DNA of 64,000 bases, from the NCBI GenBank assembly GCA_964106645.2, contig OZ067049.1, one strand, 5' to 3'. A program made the translations under genes and the position numbers. This document shows, piece by piece, positions 37,726 through 49,336 of this stretch. The number at the start of each line of letters is the position of its first letter. Positions within the stretch are counted from its first letter, which is position 1. The DNA is from Podarcis pityusensis (Eukaryota). A model generated the notes under the pieces. It was given only the letters and a program-made list of their open reading frames with translations. It made no database searches and was not told where the DNA came from.

Positions 37726-38279
37726 CTAAGGGAGAGGAAGAGTTTGTGAAGTCTACTGTTAAACAGAAAATCAATACAGTGAATCTAATAATTCGTTACA
37801 TTTGTATCCCATGCTTCCTCCAATAAGACCATGGTAACTATGTAGCTCTTATCTCTTCCTCCCCTTATTACCTTGTGAGACAGGCTAGGCTGAGAAATCA
37901 TGACTGACCCAAGCCCATCCAGTAAATCTCAGGGCTGAATGAGGATTTCAGCCTGAACTCCTCACTCCGAATCATGGAATCATAAAATTCTGCCATGATA
38001 AAGTATGAGGCACCTGTCAAACATTTGCCCTACCACACATATTGTAACAACGTTGTATGGCTTACTGCCCCTAAAACGACACTTTTGTAAAATTATTTTC
38101 AGAACGGGGGTTATTGTTTTTGTTTGTTACTACGTCATGATTTTTTTGTGTTTTTATATTGTAAACCGCCCTGTGATCCTCAAATGAAGTGTGGTATGGA
38201 GATTTAATGAATAAATAATAAACAAAAACAAACATTTATTCTATTCACATGCAATGCTAAGCTAAAGTATGGCTTAGTG

Positions 38280-38415
38280 AAGGCATAGGCAAACTCGGCC
38301 CTCCAGATGTTTTGGGACTACAACTCTCATGGTCCCTAGCTAACAGGACCAGTGCTCAGTGATGATGGGAATTGTAGTCCCAAAACATCTGGAGGGCAGA
38401 GTTTGCCTATGCCTG
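38280..38415. mobile_element. Palindromic hAT-type MITE
   Basis: Arms AGGCATAGGCAAACT..CCCTCCAGATGTTTTGGGACTACAA inverted; 8-bp TSD GCTTAGTG at 38272-38279 and 38416-38423; degenerate relatives near 28310-28435 and 61245-61370. Confidence 0.85.
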
Positions 38416-40004
38416 GCTTAGTGTAAATGTGTGGGTTCTTGGAGAGGTTATTAGGGTGTAATGTTTTTGTTTGTTTACTATGTTAGGTATTTATGTGTTT
38501 ATAGTAAACCGTCCTGTGAGCCTCAGATGAAGGGTAGAATGGAAATTTATAATAATAATAATAATCATGATGATGATGATGGTGCTACTTTGCTTGTCCT
38601 CTGGTCCTGCTGCTGCCCTGCTGCCATGAGCTAAGCCATGATTTAGTTTAGTATGCCATCCAACCATGGGTTTGTGGTTTGTCCCACTCCAGACAAACCA
38701 TGACTTGTGAAACCAAAAACAAAACATGGTTGCAGTTTGCAAAATGCAATGGCTGAAATCTCTGCTCTGGGAACCCTCTTTTCTATGCTAAGCCACAGTT
38801 TGACTAGCGCTGTGTGTAAAGAATCTCAGTAGCTACTTCCGTACGTAGAAAAGAACACATTACATTGTTCCCCTGCTAGTGATTCTCAGCAGCTGACATT
38901 CAAGAAGCATTGCAAAAAGGCAAGGCATTATTTCCATGAATAGATAAAGCACTATGACTGAATAAAGTAGCATTGAACTAAGTCTAGCACATGCAGTTTT
39001 GTGTGCATCATGTGGCTGCCTCCATCCCCAATACCAGCAACTTGCAGGTGGCATGAGTGGTGGCTCTCACACTAAGTTAGTTATGATAACGGGCTCTGAA
39101 GTCACGTGACCTTTACAATACAAAGATCACATCCAAAGGAAACAACAACCTGCCAACAACTTGAAAGTTTTGGTGCCAACACCTCACCCATTAGTAAACA
39201 AAACAACCACCTCCGAAATAAGGGGGTAATCTGAAAGGCATATTTCCTCCATCCGCCAGTTAACACTCTTTTATAGAAGAAGCATGTATTCCAGCAAAGG
39301 AAGGGAAACTTTCCATGTCCTGCTGTTGCTGCTGCAACAAAAGTGCTGCTTAGGAGCAGCCGCTGACAAGGTCTGCCATACCTCTGGAATCATATGACAG
39401 CTAGCAAAGTGTTGATTTTTACACGGGTCACTGCAGTCTGCCTTACGCCTCTCTGCAATCCACAGCGAGACTTTCCTTGAATGCAACTATTGAGTACACA
39501 CTGTGAATTTAAAGCACCCCCCCCCCCCAAGTTATAATTTCCAATACCCGTAAACTCGAGTTCACAAGATTCTTGGGTAGGTGTGTGCTAGAAATGTGTG
39601 GTATGTAGGTAGAGCTCATTCAAATATTTACTCAGACATGAGACTCACCGGATGACCTTGACCCAGGCCATAGGAGCCAACTCGTAAGGGCCAAAGTCCC
39701 TTTGCCCCCCCAATAAAACATTTGAGGAGGCTGCCCCCCCATGGGCATTGCCATTCAAATGTTGTGTGCATGCCATGTCTTGTGACTGATCATGTGGAGC
39801 TTACCTGGACCCTCCAATATTTTATTCAGGTTTGCACCTCGGCCCAGTTCGTCTCCCTAGCCCTACCTTGCAGGTTGGTTGTGAAAATAAAATGGGGTGG
39901 GGAGGGGGGAGGGTGAGATCAGAAGAAAGAAACATGTTGAATCATATGAACTCCTTGGAAGAAGGGGTAAATGGGATAAAATGAAACAGAGTGCCTTGTC
40001 TCAT

Positions 40005-40121
40005 TACTGAAGCCCTGTTTAGGGAAGTTTTTAAGCGTTTGATCATTTATCATGTTTTCAGTGTTCTTTTGGAAGCCACCCAGAGTGGCTGGAGAAACCC
40101 AGCCAGATGGGTGGGGTATAG

Positions 40122-40154
<33 letters not shown>
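40005..40154 (+). mobile_element. L2-type 3' tail with (AT)n
   Basis: Same family as 12935. Confidence 0.6.
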
Positions 40155-40659
40155 TCCATTTAATATTATACAACATTCACATCATCTTTATCCACTATCC
40201 TGCCCTGGCTCTTAGAGCCTATAGACTTCCTTCCCTCCCACCTCATGGCTTTCAAAATTAACCTTTATATCATTGCCATTTATACGTTTCCCAATTCTAA
40301 CTACACTCATTACAGAATGACTCAAAAGTTAAATAAATATAGAAAGAGAGAAAATTTCTCATTGCAAGTCTTCAGAAGACTTTTATTATTATTATTGCTT
40401 ATTTTGCATGAAAATATGCACGATCTGATAAAAAAGCAGGCGGCGTGCAACAGTCGCAGGGAGCAGCGCCCAGTCAAAGCACAGGAGAGGCGGCGAGGAA
40501 GCAAAAACCTAGGGGAAAAGCCCCTTCCAGAAGCAACCTCCTTGCGCATTAGCACGGGCCCGACGCGCAAGGCCCGGTCGCATAGACTCACATGCAGCCG
40601 ACACGCGTCACTCCGCCTCTCGGCTTGGCCTGGAGCCAGACTTCCCTTGTCCGCCTTAC

Positions 40660-40726
40660 CTTTCCCAATCACTCCCAGCAACTCCTTTTCCTCCTCGCTC
40701 AAGTCCCCTCTCTTCAGAGACGCCAT
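40660..40726 (-). CDS. ANKMY2: ANKMY2 exon 1, coding part
   Basis: gctATGG strong Kozak; MASLKRGDLSEEEKELLGVIGK G|gtaagg; the ten exons sum to 1371 nt = 456 aa plus stop. Confidence 0.93.
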
Positions 40727-41289
40727 AGCTCGCTGGCTGCCTTATTTCTTCCTCTCTCAGCCAGCCACGCGCATGCACCTTCCCCGCCGCCGCCGCCCTC
40801 CTCCTCCTCCTCTTTCCACTGAGGAGAAAAATGAGGGCAGCCCCCGCTGCTCCGCCAGAGCAGAAGGAACCTCGGCGCGCTCCCCCCGCCCCACGCCGCG
40901 CTTCGGCCAGCGGATATCCCCCCCTCTACGCCCGCGCCAGGATCCCCGCCGCTCGCGACATTGTAACTTCCTCTCCCGGAGCTGTCGTGAGAAACAAGGG
41001 GAGGGGGGGCTAAACCACTGGCTCAAAAGACGGGGGGGTGTATAGAATAAGTAAACAAAGCGACGCTCGCTCCCAGTTCGCATCTCAGCCTGGGAGGGGG
41101 AGCGAGGGAGTCGGCTTGGACTGTGCCTAAAGAGGAACGCGTGTGGACAGGAGAGTCCCCAACTGGACATGCACAATTTCCTTTATTTTTATTTCCACCC
41201 CCCCACTGGTAAAATGGTGCGGCCGGGCGGGGAAGGAGGCGGGGCCTGAGCCGGCGCTCTGCGTGTGTGTGTGTGTGTGTTAATGTGTC

Positions 41290-41398
41290 CGTCCTTCACT
41301 TCTCCATTGTCTGTGGCTGCTGCTTGTGGCGGAGGCGCTGCTGCCGCTGTTGTCTCTTTGCTTCTTCTCCTTAGACAAGAGCCACTTCCCCCAGAGAG
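41290..41398 (+). other. BZW2: Putative BZW2 non-coding exon 1 (5'UTR); start approximate
   Basis: Pyrimidine-rich initiator-like CTTCACTTCTCCATTGTCTG downstream of GC boxes, (GCT)n-rich leader, donor GAG|gtaaaa at 41399. Confidence 0.6.
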
Positions 41399-41825
41399 GT
41401 AAAAGCCTGGCAGTGCGGGGAGAGGGGCAGGCGCCGAGGTCGGGCGGGTGGGAAAGAGGGTGCGGGTCCAGGAGGAAGGGAGACAAAAGCTGGGGAGTGT
41501 CCGCGAAATGCACAAAAGAGGCAGAAGCGCGCCTGCACGACCCTCTCCTGCAAAAGGCAGGGGGAGAGAGGGGCGCTGCTCCTCAATTGCCTGCTGCTGC
41601 TGACGCCGCCGCCGGAAAAGCAGGGAGTTCAGCAGCCTGGGAGGGTCCGCTTTCCTCTTTCCGCGGTGAACTTCGAGGTTGCGTGTCTTCCTTTCGCAAG
41701 GTGACACGAGACAACTCGGGGGTCGGTGTTGCGGGTGGGGGGAAGCTGTCATTTATATGGGGTAGGGGGAGAAAAACAACAAGCCGGGTGAATTGAGCGC
41801 CTCTAGGAGACGGGGATGCTGGAAG

Positions 41826-41970
41826 GATAGCTCAGTCCGTGGAGCACGAGACCCTTCAGCTTAGGGTTGTGGGTTCGAATCCCGCGTTGGGCAAAAGATT
41901 CCTGCATTGCAGTTTGGGGTGCCGCGGTTGGGCTAGATGACCCTCGTGGTCCCTATGATTCTATCATTCT
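41826..41970 (+). mobile_element. SINE with tRNA-like head and CR1-type tail
   Basis: GATAGCTCAG A box, GGTTCGAATCC B box, then AGATTCCTGCATTGCAG...CTAGATGACCC...(ATTCT) tail shared with the CR1 end at about 32740. Confidence 0.78.
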
Positions 41971-43206
41971 GGCGGAGAATTGCTTGCTGGTTGCTTCGGC
42001 CGGTGCTCGGCAGTGGCTGCTGCATGCGAAGAAACGTGTTGTGTATGGGAGGGTTCAGACGTATCGCCTCCTCCTTGCCTGCATCCTTGGCGGGAGTCCG
42101 TTCTGCTGGGTGCAAACAGGCGGCAGAAGGAAGGAGTTGCCTTTGGTCCCTTATAGAGCCTTTCTGGCTTTGGTGAGGTGGTGGTGGTGGGGTGGCAGCA
42201 GACCCACTGGGCGCTGGCTGCGGTGGGGAGGACGCGGTGGTTGCTTCGCTCCGGAGCCGCGCAACAAATCTGTGTGTGCAAGGAGAAGGGGACGGTGCTG
42301 CCTTGTGCGCAGTTTTATTACCGAGGCGCCATTGGCACTCCAGAGACCTTGACCTGCGTGGTGCCACCAGCCCGCCTGGCTGCATGTGGGGAGCCATCCC
42401 GGTGTCAGGTTGAGACTGCAATCCCATACCCATTTTCCGGGGAGTAAGCTCCATGAAACTGAATGGGACTTGCTTTTGGTGCATAGGATGGCGCTGGAAA
42501 CGTTTCCCTTAAAAAAGAGAGAGAGACTCTTATTAAATCTGGACAGCGATGTCTCAATTTTCAGGCTTTTAAAAGGAAGGTGTGCTTCAAAAGTTGGCTG
42601 AGATTCATTATTTAGTCATCCTAGTGGTTACAGGTGTTTTGTAAGCCTCTTGGAGGAAGGAAAAGTCTAGACATCGCTCAGCTGTTTACTTTCTGTTTAC
42701 GCATTAAATTGGAGATCTGAGTTCTTTGAGGGAGTTCAGATTTTCTTCTTCCACTTAAAAAAAAGGGGGGGGGAGGGAAGGGAGTTGCGTAAAAGCAGGA
42801 AATATCATTTTAAATAATTGTTTTATCCGCTGGATACAAGTCACTAGTATTGCTTAGCCCCGTGGATTTCTTGGAGATTAGTTTTTTGGATTGGGTAGTT
42901 TTGCAGTCCGCAGCGTAAATGAATTACAGTACATTGAATTTATAAGTTAAGAGCCTTTTGCTGCTCTTTTTTCAGTTGAGGATTAAGAGAATTTCTGCTT
43001 GGCATGCTTGAGTTGTAAATTAATACACCTCCTGCATAATACTATTTTTGGTAGGCAAAGTGATTTAAATAACATTTAGATCTTGAACTAGAGAAAAACT
43101 TGTGTTAAATGAAGTCTGATCCTAAACATGCTTACTGAGCAAGAGGTCCAGTTGTGCTCCATAGGGATTTAGCCCCTGCTAAGAGTAATTCAATTGGAAT
43201 AATCAT

Positions 43207-43370
43207 AGTTACAGGTAGGTAGCCATGTTGGTCTGCCGTAGTCAAAACAAAATAAAAAAAATTCCTTCCAGTAGCACCTTAGAGACCAACTAAGTTTGTT
43301 ATTGGTATGAGCTTTCATGTGCACGCACACTTCTTCAGATACCTACTGGAAGGAATTTTTTAATTTTGTT
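43207..43370 (-). mobile_element. Penelope-like element fragment with inverted terminal segment
   Basis: pLTR-like ...AGCACCTTAGAGACCAAC...ATGAGCTTTC..CTTCTTCAGATAC; inverted repeat 43243-43274 vs 43343-43373; TSD TTGGAATAATCAT at 43194-43206 and 43371-43383. Confidence 0.8.
43304..43343 (-). ncRNA. Minimal type I hammerhead ribozyme motif
   Basis: Minus strand GGUAU-CUGAAGA-A-GUGUG(CGUG)CACAU-GAAA-GC-UC-AUACC. Confidence 0.65.
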
Positions 43371-43839
43371 TTGGAATAATCATGTGTACTTTCCCAGAGG
43401 CCAGAATGGGACGAACAATGTTGTTTCCCCTCTTCTTTCAATGCTTAAAGGTAGGGTGTGATATCAAGCAGTGTTTGTGATTTCTGAGCATGGAACCAGA
43501 AAGTGTGGTTAGTCTACAGTACACATGCAGCAGAATAGGATGATGGGCCATAGGAGTGAATGCAGGAGGTGCTCTTTTTGAATGATTCCAGTGTAAAACC
43601 TCACTGGCAGTAAAACACACACACCCCTCTTAAAAAAAACCAATAATGCAGCAGAGTGGAAGGTTTTAATTCAGCCCCCTTCCTACTCTGTAAAATTTCC
43701 ACTAGTAGGGAATTTTGCATGTATAGTATTATTGAAAATGTGAGTTGTATAATAGTGCAACCCATTCTGTCATCATACTTTCAGATACTCAGGGCCATAT
43801 ATTTTTATTTCCCACTCCCTTAGATATGCTGTGCTTTAA

Positions 43840-44132
43840 GGTAAAAGGTAAAGGTAAAGGACCCCTGGATGGTTAAGTCCAGTCAAAGGCAACTTTGGGG
43901 TTGTGGCGCTCATCTGACTTTCAGGCCAAGGGAGCCAGCTTTCCGGGTCATGTGGCCAGCAGGACTAAACTGCTTCTGGCACAATGGAAACCAGAGTGCA
44001 CGGAAACACCGTTTACCTTCCTGCCGCAGTGGTACCTATTTATCTACTTGCACTGGTGTGCTTTCGAACTGTGAGGTTGGCAGGAGCTGGGACAGAGCAA
44101 TGGGGTTTAGACCACAGCACCACCCGCATTCC
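43840..44132 (-). mobile_element. Sauria SINE with internal deletions
   Basis: TSD TGCTGTGCTTTAA at 43827-43839 and 44133-44145; B-box region deleted. Confidence 0.87.
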
Positions 44133-45299
44133 TGCTGTGCTTTAAAGACTCTTTGATGTAGGATGTCATGCCAACTTTGTGCAAAATGTATAAACTGGCT
44201 TGTGCATGATGCAGCTGTTGAAGTGTATGTAAGTTTGCATGTCATCCTTCTATGTATAAACAAGACAGAATGTTAATTTATTATATAAGATTTATAAAGG
44301 ACTTTTTAAGAGGAAAAATACTATATTATTTACTGTAGCTTGACATTTTTGTAGTAACTCAGTGCCAAGGTCAGTTAAAAAAAAATTCAGATTCCATGGT
44401 GCAATTAATTAGCATAGCTTGTACCTGAATGACAACTCTGAATTATTTACATTGTTGAGGCAAAATGGAAAACCCCCTCTTTATGGCTTTCTGGTTTCTG
44501 CAAATTCACCCACAATTTACAAACATTATTTCCTTGGGAAAATGACCCTCTGGGATGCTTTATAAAAAGCAAAATGTCATCACTATGTTCACAATAAAAC
44601 CTAACTTAGGTAACTGTAGTTTGACTGGAAAATAATTGAAACAGTAGGTCAGGTGTATTATAACTAATTAGAATTTTGTTGTGATTATTGCTCGACCTTT
44701 AAGAGATAGGTCTCCTCTCCCATTTGCAGATGGTTGCTAAATGCACTTTATATCTCTTGATTCCATTATGCCTATGGCACACACTGGCAATACTTGTAAT
44801 TAGATGTGCTCCTTCATGTTGACATTTGATCATCAACCCAGTCATCACATGCCATGGTTAATGGTTCACTATGAATCCCCACTAATGAGTGAAAGCAGCA
44901 ATTCACAACCCTTGGCTTTATGTTTATGTCTGCACAAGGATCCTGGTTTGTCTCACTCTAGCCAAACCACAATTGGTAAGCTAAGAATAAGCAGTGGCTT
45001 CAGATAATGGCTTGTTTGGCGTGAAGCAAACCATGATCCTTGGTTTGGATAGAACACTAAGCCACGGATTGTGGCCTGTCACTTCTGCCCCCTAGTAGGG
45101 GCGAGTGATCTGCACATCTATGGAAAACTATTAGCTTGACCGAGATATGTGAATGCAGCCAGTAATGGATATTAAAAGCCATTCAAAGCTGTGGGCATCT
45201 CTCTTGCTTGTGCATATTATTTGCTGTGGTTTAAGGTAGCAAAATCTTTAGGCTGCAAAATAATAGATTTTGTAGTTATTACATGCATGTAGCAATAAA

Positions 45300-45697
45300 A
45301 TAATTTTATGATTTCCATTTATATACATTTTGCTAGTAGTTTAACAGTAAATCAAACATTTCAAAACGACTTCTTTCCTCTTTCTGCAGTTCATTATTTT
45401 TTAAATCCTCATTCCCTGCGTATTCCAAGTTATATTAAATCATTCTTTTATTCATCTATTTTCATGTATCTATAATTTAAAAACTGCAGGTTATTACAAT
45501 AGTCCTGTTGATGTTTTTATCTGTTTGCAATTTGTTTGTAAATATTCAATATACCATTTCCATTCCTTTTATAAAAAAAATTGTTATCCTCATTTCTTAT
45601 TCTTCCGGTAAGTTTCGCCATTTCTGCATAGTCCATAAGTTTTTGTATCCATTCTTGTTTCGTTGGGATTCCTTCATTCTTCCATTTTTGGGTGCAT
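45300..45697 (-). mobile_element. Older L1 3' fragment
   Basis: Minus strand QKWKNEGIPTKQEWIQKLMDYAEMAKLTGRIRNED, homologous to the ORF2 ends of the other L1 copies. Confidence 0.75.
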
Positions 45698-47064
45698 GTA
45701 GCATTTCTGAATCACTTATTTTTCTTCTGACAGTTTTCAGTGCTTTATGGTTTTTGTCTCAATTTGTTAATGAACAAGTAATTACAGTGTATGTTAAGCA
45801 GTGCAGGGCAGATTGCTAGTCTATGGACTGGTCTAACGTGTTTGATTTAGAACAGGCAACTAAAGTTGTAAAGCAATAGCTCCCCCTCACCCCACTGTAT
45901 CCTGAGAATGTTTTCCATCACCCTACCTCCTCCCCTTGTGTTATATATATAACTAAATGGAATGTACTCCCCCCCATTGCAGAAAAATAAATAAATCGAT
46001 GTCTATGATTGCAGCCTTTTTCCTGTTGTGTGACTCTCTGATTTGACATAGCTTCAATTCTTCCTGTGGTTTCTTCTGAAAATGCAAAAACAAGCAAGTG
46101 CCACCGAATAGTTAAGGATAAGACTGTAGGTTTCTATTTACATTAAGCTGTCTTTTTTCGGCAATATCAACATGACCTGTGTAGGATGTTAATTCAGTCT
46201 GTAAGAAGAAAAATATGTACATTAGTGCCTACCACATTTATTCTTCTGCTATGTGCCTCTAAAAAGAGATGGGGAAACTATTTATATCTTTGATCACATT
46301 TTTAGAAAAATAGGAACACTTGATTCCATGTTTATTAGATGAGTTTGAAAGAATAAGCACTGTACAGGTAGAGAGATTCTTGTGCAGCCCAAGGAAAGCT
46401 AATTGGTCACTGAAGAAGTGTTCTAGTATGAACCTTGTTTCTTTTCCAAAATCACTCTCATCTTCCACAAATCAGTAACAAGTGACTAGGCTGTATGCAA
46501 CTAAATTTACTCAAGAGTAGATCCAATGAAATTCATGGACCCAAGTTAGTCGTGCCTATTAATTTCAATGGGTCTACTCGGAGTGTAACTGGGACTGGAT
46601 AGAACCTAGTGTTTTTAGTCTCTTCTTTATTTTGTCATAATGTTAAAAATGTTTTTAATGGAACATCCAAACCATGGCAATTGAAGTATATCCCCAGGCA
46701 TTCCTAGCTTAAGGCATTTCATCAGTTTTCTATAGAATCACAGAATTGTAGAGTTGGAAGTAGCCATGAGATTAAGAGCCTCATGCTCTACTGACTATCT
46801 TGTGCCAGGGTATTGTAATTCTTTAGGCAAAGTTCATCCCCCATCAAAAAAAGGAGTCCATTGGTATAGAAAGTCTTCTGTTCACCCCCAGATTCCCTTC
46901 ATAATTGCACATACACCTTAGGTAACTAATGCACACATAAACACCCCCATGTAGGAAAAATGTCAATTGTAAAGTGACTGCAATGCTTTATGCTTCTTGG
47001 ACTTCCATTTCTTTGTTACCTTAACTTTAAGCGGATAGGGAGAAGGTGGAAACTATGACATTCT

Positions 47065-47330
47065 CTATCACAATATGGCCATCAGCTTGGATGGCTTTAA
47101 AAGGGGGTTAGTTAAATTCATGGATAATAAGTCTGTCAGTGGCTACTAGCCATGATGATTTATGCTTTACATTCTTCTAAATACCAGTTGCTGGAAATCA
47201 TATGTAGGAAAATTACTGTTGCCCTTGTGTTCTGCTTGTGGGCTTCCCATGGGAATTTTGTTATGAGGACAAAATTCTGAATTAGACACGCCCTTAGCCT
47301 GATCTAACTGGTCTCTTCTTAGGTCCTAAG
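47065..47330 (+). mobile_element. Old CR1 3' fragment
   Basis: TGGCCATCAGCTTGGATGGCTTTAAAAGGGGGTTAG..AAATTCATGGA..GGCTACTAGCCATGATG. Confidence 0.6.
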
Positions 47331-47544
47331 ATTTGTCAGCTGGTTCAGTCTGCCCTTAATTGCTCTTCTGCTAAGCAACTTGGGACACATTTTCCTGTCC
47401 AGAATTGTGCAACATATAGTATAATGATAAGATATTGCTGAGGAATGGTTGACATGGTGGGGAAGAACATGAAATGTGACATTTTGGAGAGGAGCAGGGA
47501 GAACACGTCAAAGGATCCCTAATTCAAGAGGTGCAAAGGAGCTG

Positions 47545-47545
<1 letters not shown>

Positions 47546-47577
<32 letters not shown>
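47546..47577. repeat. (ATT)n microsatellite
   Basis: About 10 perfect units. Confidence 0.95.
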
Positions 47578-47578
<1 letters not shown>

Positions 47579-49336
47579 GCAATCAATCTACAATTTTTGA
47601 AGCCTGGTGCTTATGTGCAGGGCTGGATATGTTTTTACTACATTTCAGCAAACCTTAAATCTCAAAAAACAACCCAAAACTAAACCCAGCCCAGAAGCTT
47701 TAAACAGCATGAACACAGAATGAATTCAAAATTTTCTTTTTAGCAAGAAGTTAAACATGTCTGATCCTAATAAGAGCATTATGCTGTCAACTTAGCCCAT
47801 GAATAGGTTTCTTGAAATACTTTCATTAAAAAAAAATCCAAGGTTGAGCATGATAAAATAATCTCAAGAAGCCAAAGGCACGGCAAAGGAAAACAATAAA
47901 TATATCCGTAATGCTTGCAGAATTGTAAACTTCTCTCAGTTGGTGACATTTCTTCCTCCCAGGCCACACCCCTCACCATGAACTTCTTAAGTGTTTTTGG
48001 CTCCATTCCCCTTTTAAGTGCATTTGGAATTTGTCCTTGCTGTGGTGATAAATATTGATTTCTTGAAGGGAGGGATGTATGTGTCTGTGTAGAAACCTAT
48101 GACTTGTGTGTGGCTGGAATGTAGACGTATTGGACTGCAATAGTCACATGATCCCCTGCTTCTTCCACTTACACCACTGGCCAAGCTCACTTTCACATCC
48201 AGCAACACTGGCATGTGGCCTCAGGTTGAGAAGCATGCCCTACACAGTCTACACTCACCGGCTCTCAGGGTTTCAGAGAAAAATGTTTCCTATTCTTCCC
48301 TGGAGATGCTAGGAACTGAACCCACAATCTTTTGCATTAAATCATGTGCTGTATCACTGAGCTATGGCCCTCCCCTTAACGCTGTCTACTACCCCACAGT
48401 GCACACACACACACACACACACACACTTAACGTTTGCTAATCCACTTGCAAAATTTCAGGTTGTCAAGTTCCTGAGCCAGCTGAATTCTTCCATTATTCC
48501 CCCTCACTCCCTGTCTTATCTGTTTCTTTGGAGTTCCTGGGAGATTGAGCATCAGTTTGTCAGCAACGCTCACAAAACAGCTTGCTTATTAGCAAAGTGT
48601 ATTGAGTTGGAGTGGCATCAATAACTGCCTGAAGAACAGCAAGCTGACATATCCGCAAAAGACGGGTTTCTCCGGGCCTTTAATTATCCACTGCTTTTTG
48701 ACTATGTGTTTTAGGGGTAACCATGTCAATGAAATTACCGAGTGCTCTCAACATGCCTCGCTTCACAGATACTCCATTTGTGACATGTCTACCCTTTCTT
48801 TAAAATGGTGAAAAAATGAGGGGAGTAAGAAGCTTCAGTAATGAGTGACAGCTTTTTTGTGCTCTCTGGGCAACAATCTGCTGGGAACTTCTCTTGAGCA
48901 GGCCCCGTGAAACATAAATAAATTGCACACATGAGAAAATTGTGGGGTTGGCTTCTTCTGAGTCCAAAACCAGGTACGGTAACTGACAAGCTTCATGAGA
49001 GGAGGGCCCAGACTCTGAGCTTGCTCTTTCTTTCTTTCTTTCTTTCTTTCTTTAGAACATTATGAAGCAAAATGCTGGCACCATTCAAAGCAATTACTTT
49101 GTGAATCCCACTCCATTTTGGAGAAGATCCAAGACCAGCTTCAGAATAGCTCCAAAGTCCCTTCCCCAAACAACGAAGAAGGGACTTTTTAGTTTATTTT
49201 GAAGCTGTTTTGGGGTCTTTCTTGGTTCATTTGTCACCCTAGAACTTTCTCTCTAGACATGGAGAATGGGGAAGGGACCGCCTGGCTTTGTTTCAAAGTT
49301 GTGTTTTCATCTTTCCTGACAGAGAAGTGATGGTTT

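Larger units (their letters stand above)
40430..42420. promoter_or_regulatory. CpG island / bidirectional ANKMY2-BZW2 promoter
   Basis: Sharp rise in GC and CpG; GC boxes near 41225 and 41237, NRF1-like GCGCATGCAC 40769-40778, ETS ACTTCC near 40966, CTCGCGA 40952-40958, YY1-like AAAATGG 41211; divergent genes on either side. Confidence 0.85.

Noticed and set aside
41826-41900. tRNA gene
   Set aside because: Acceptor and anticodon stems do not pair properly and the sequence runs into a CR1-type tail, so it is a SINE head.
40245-42484. ORFs of 130-266 aa around the promoter
   Set aside because: Stop-codon depletion in a CpG island; only the 22-codon ANKMY2 start is recognisable.
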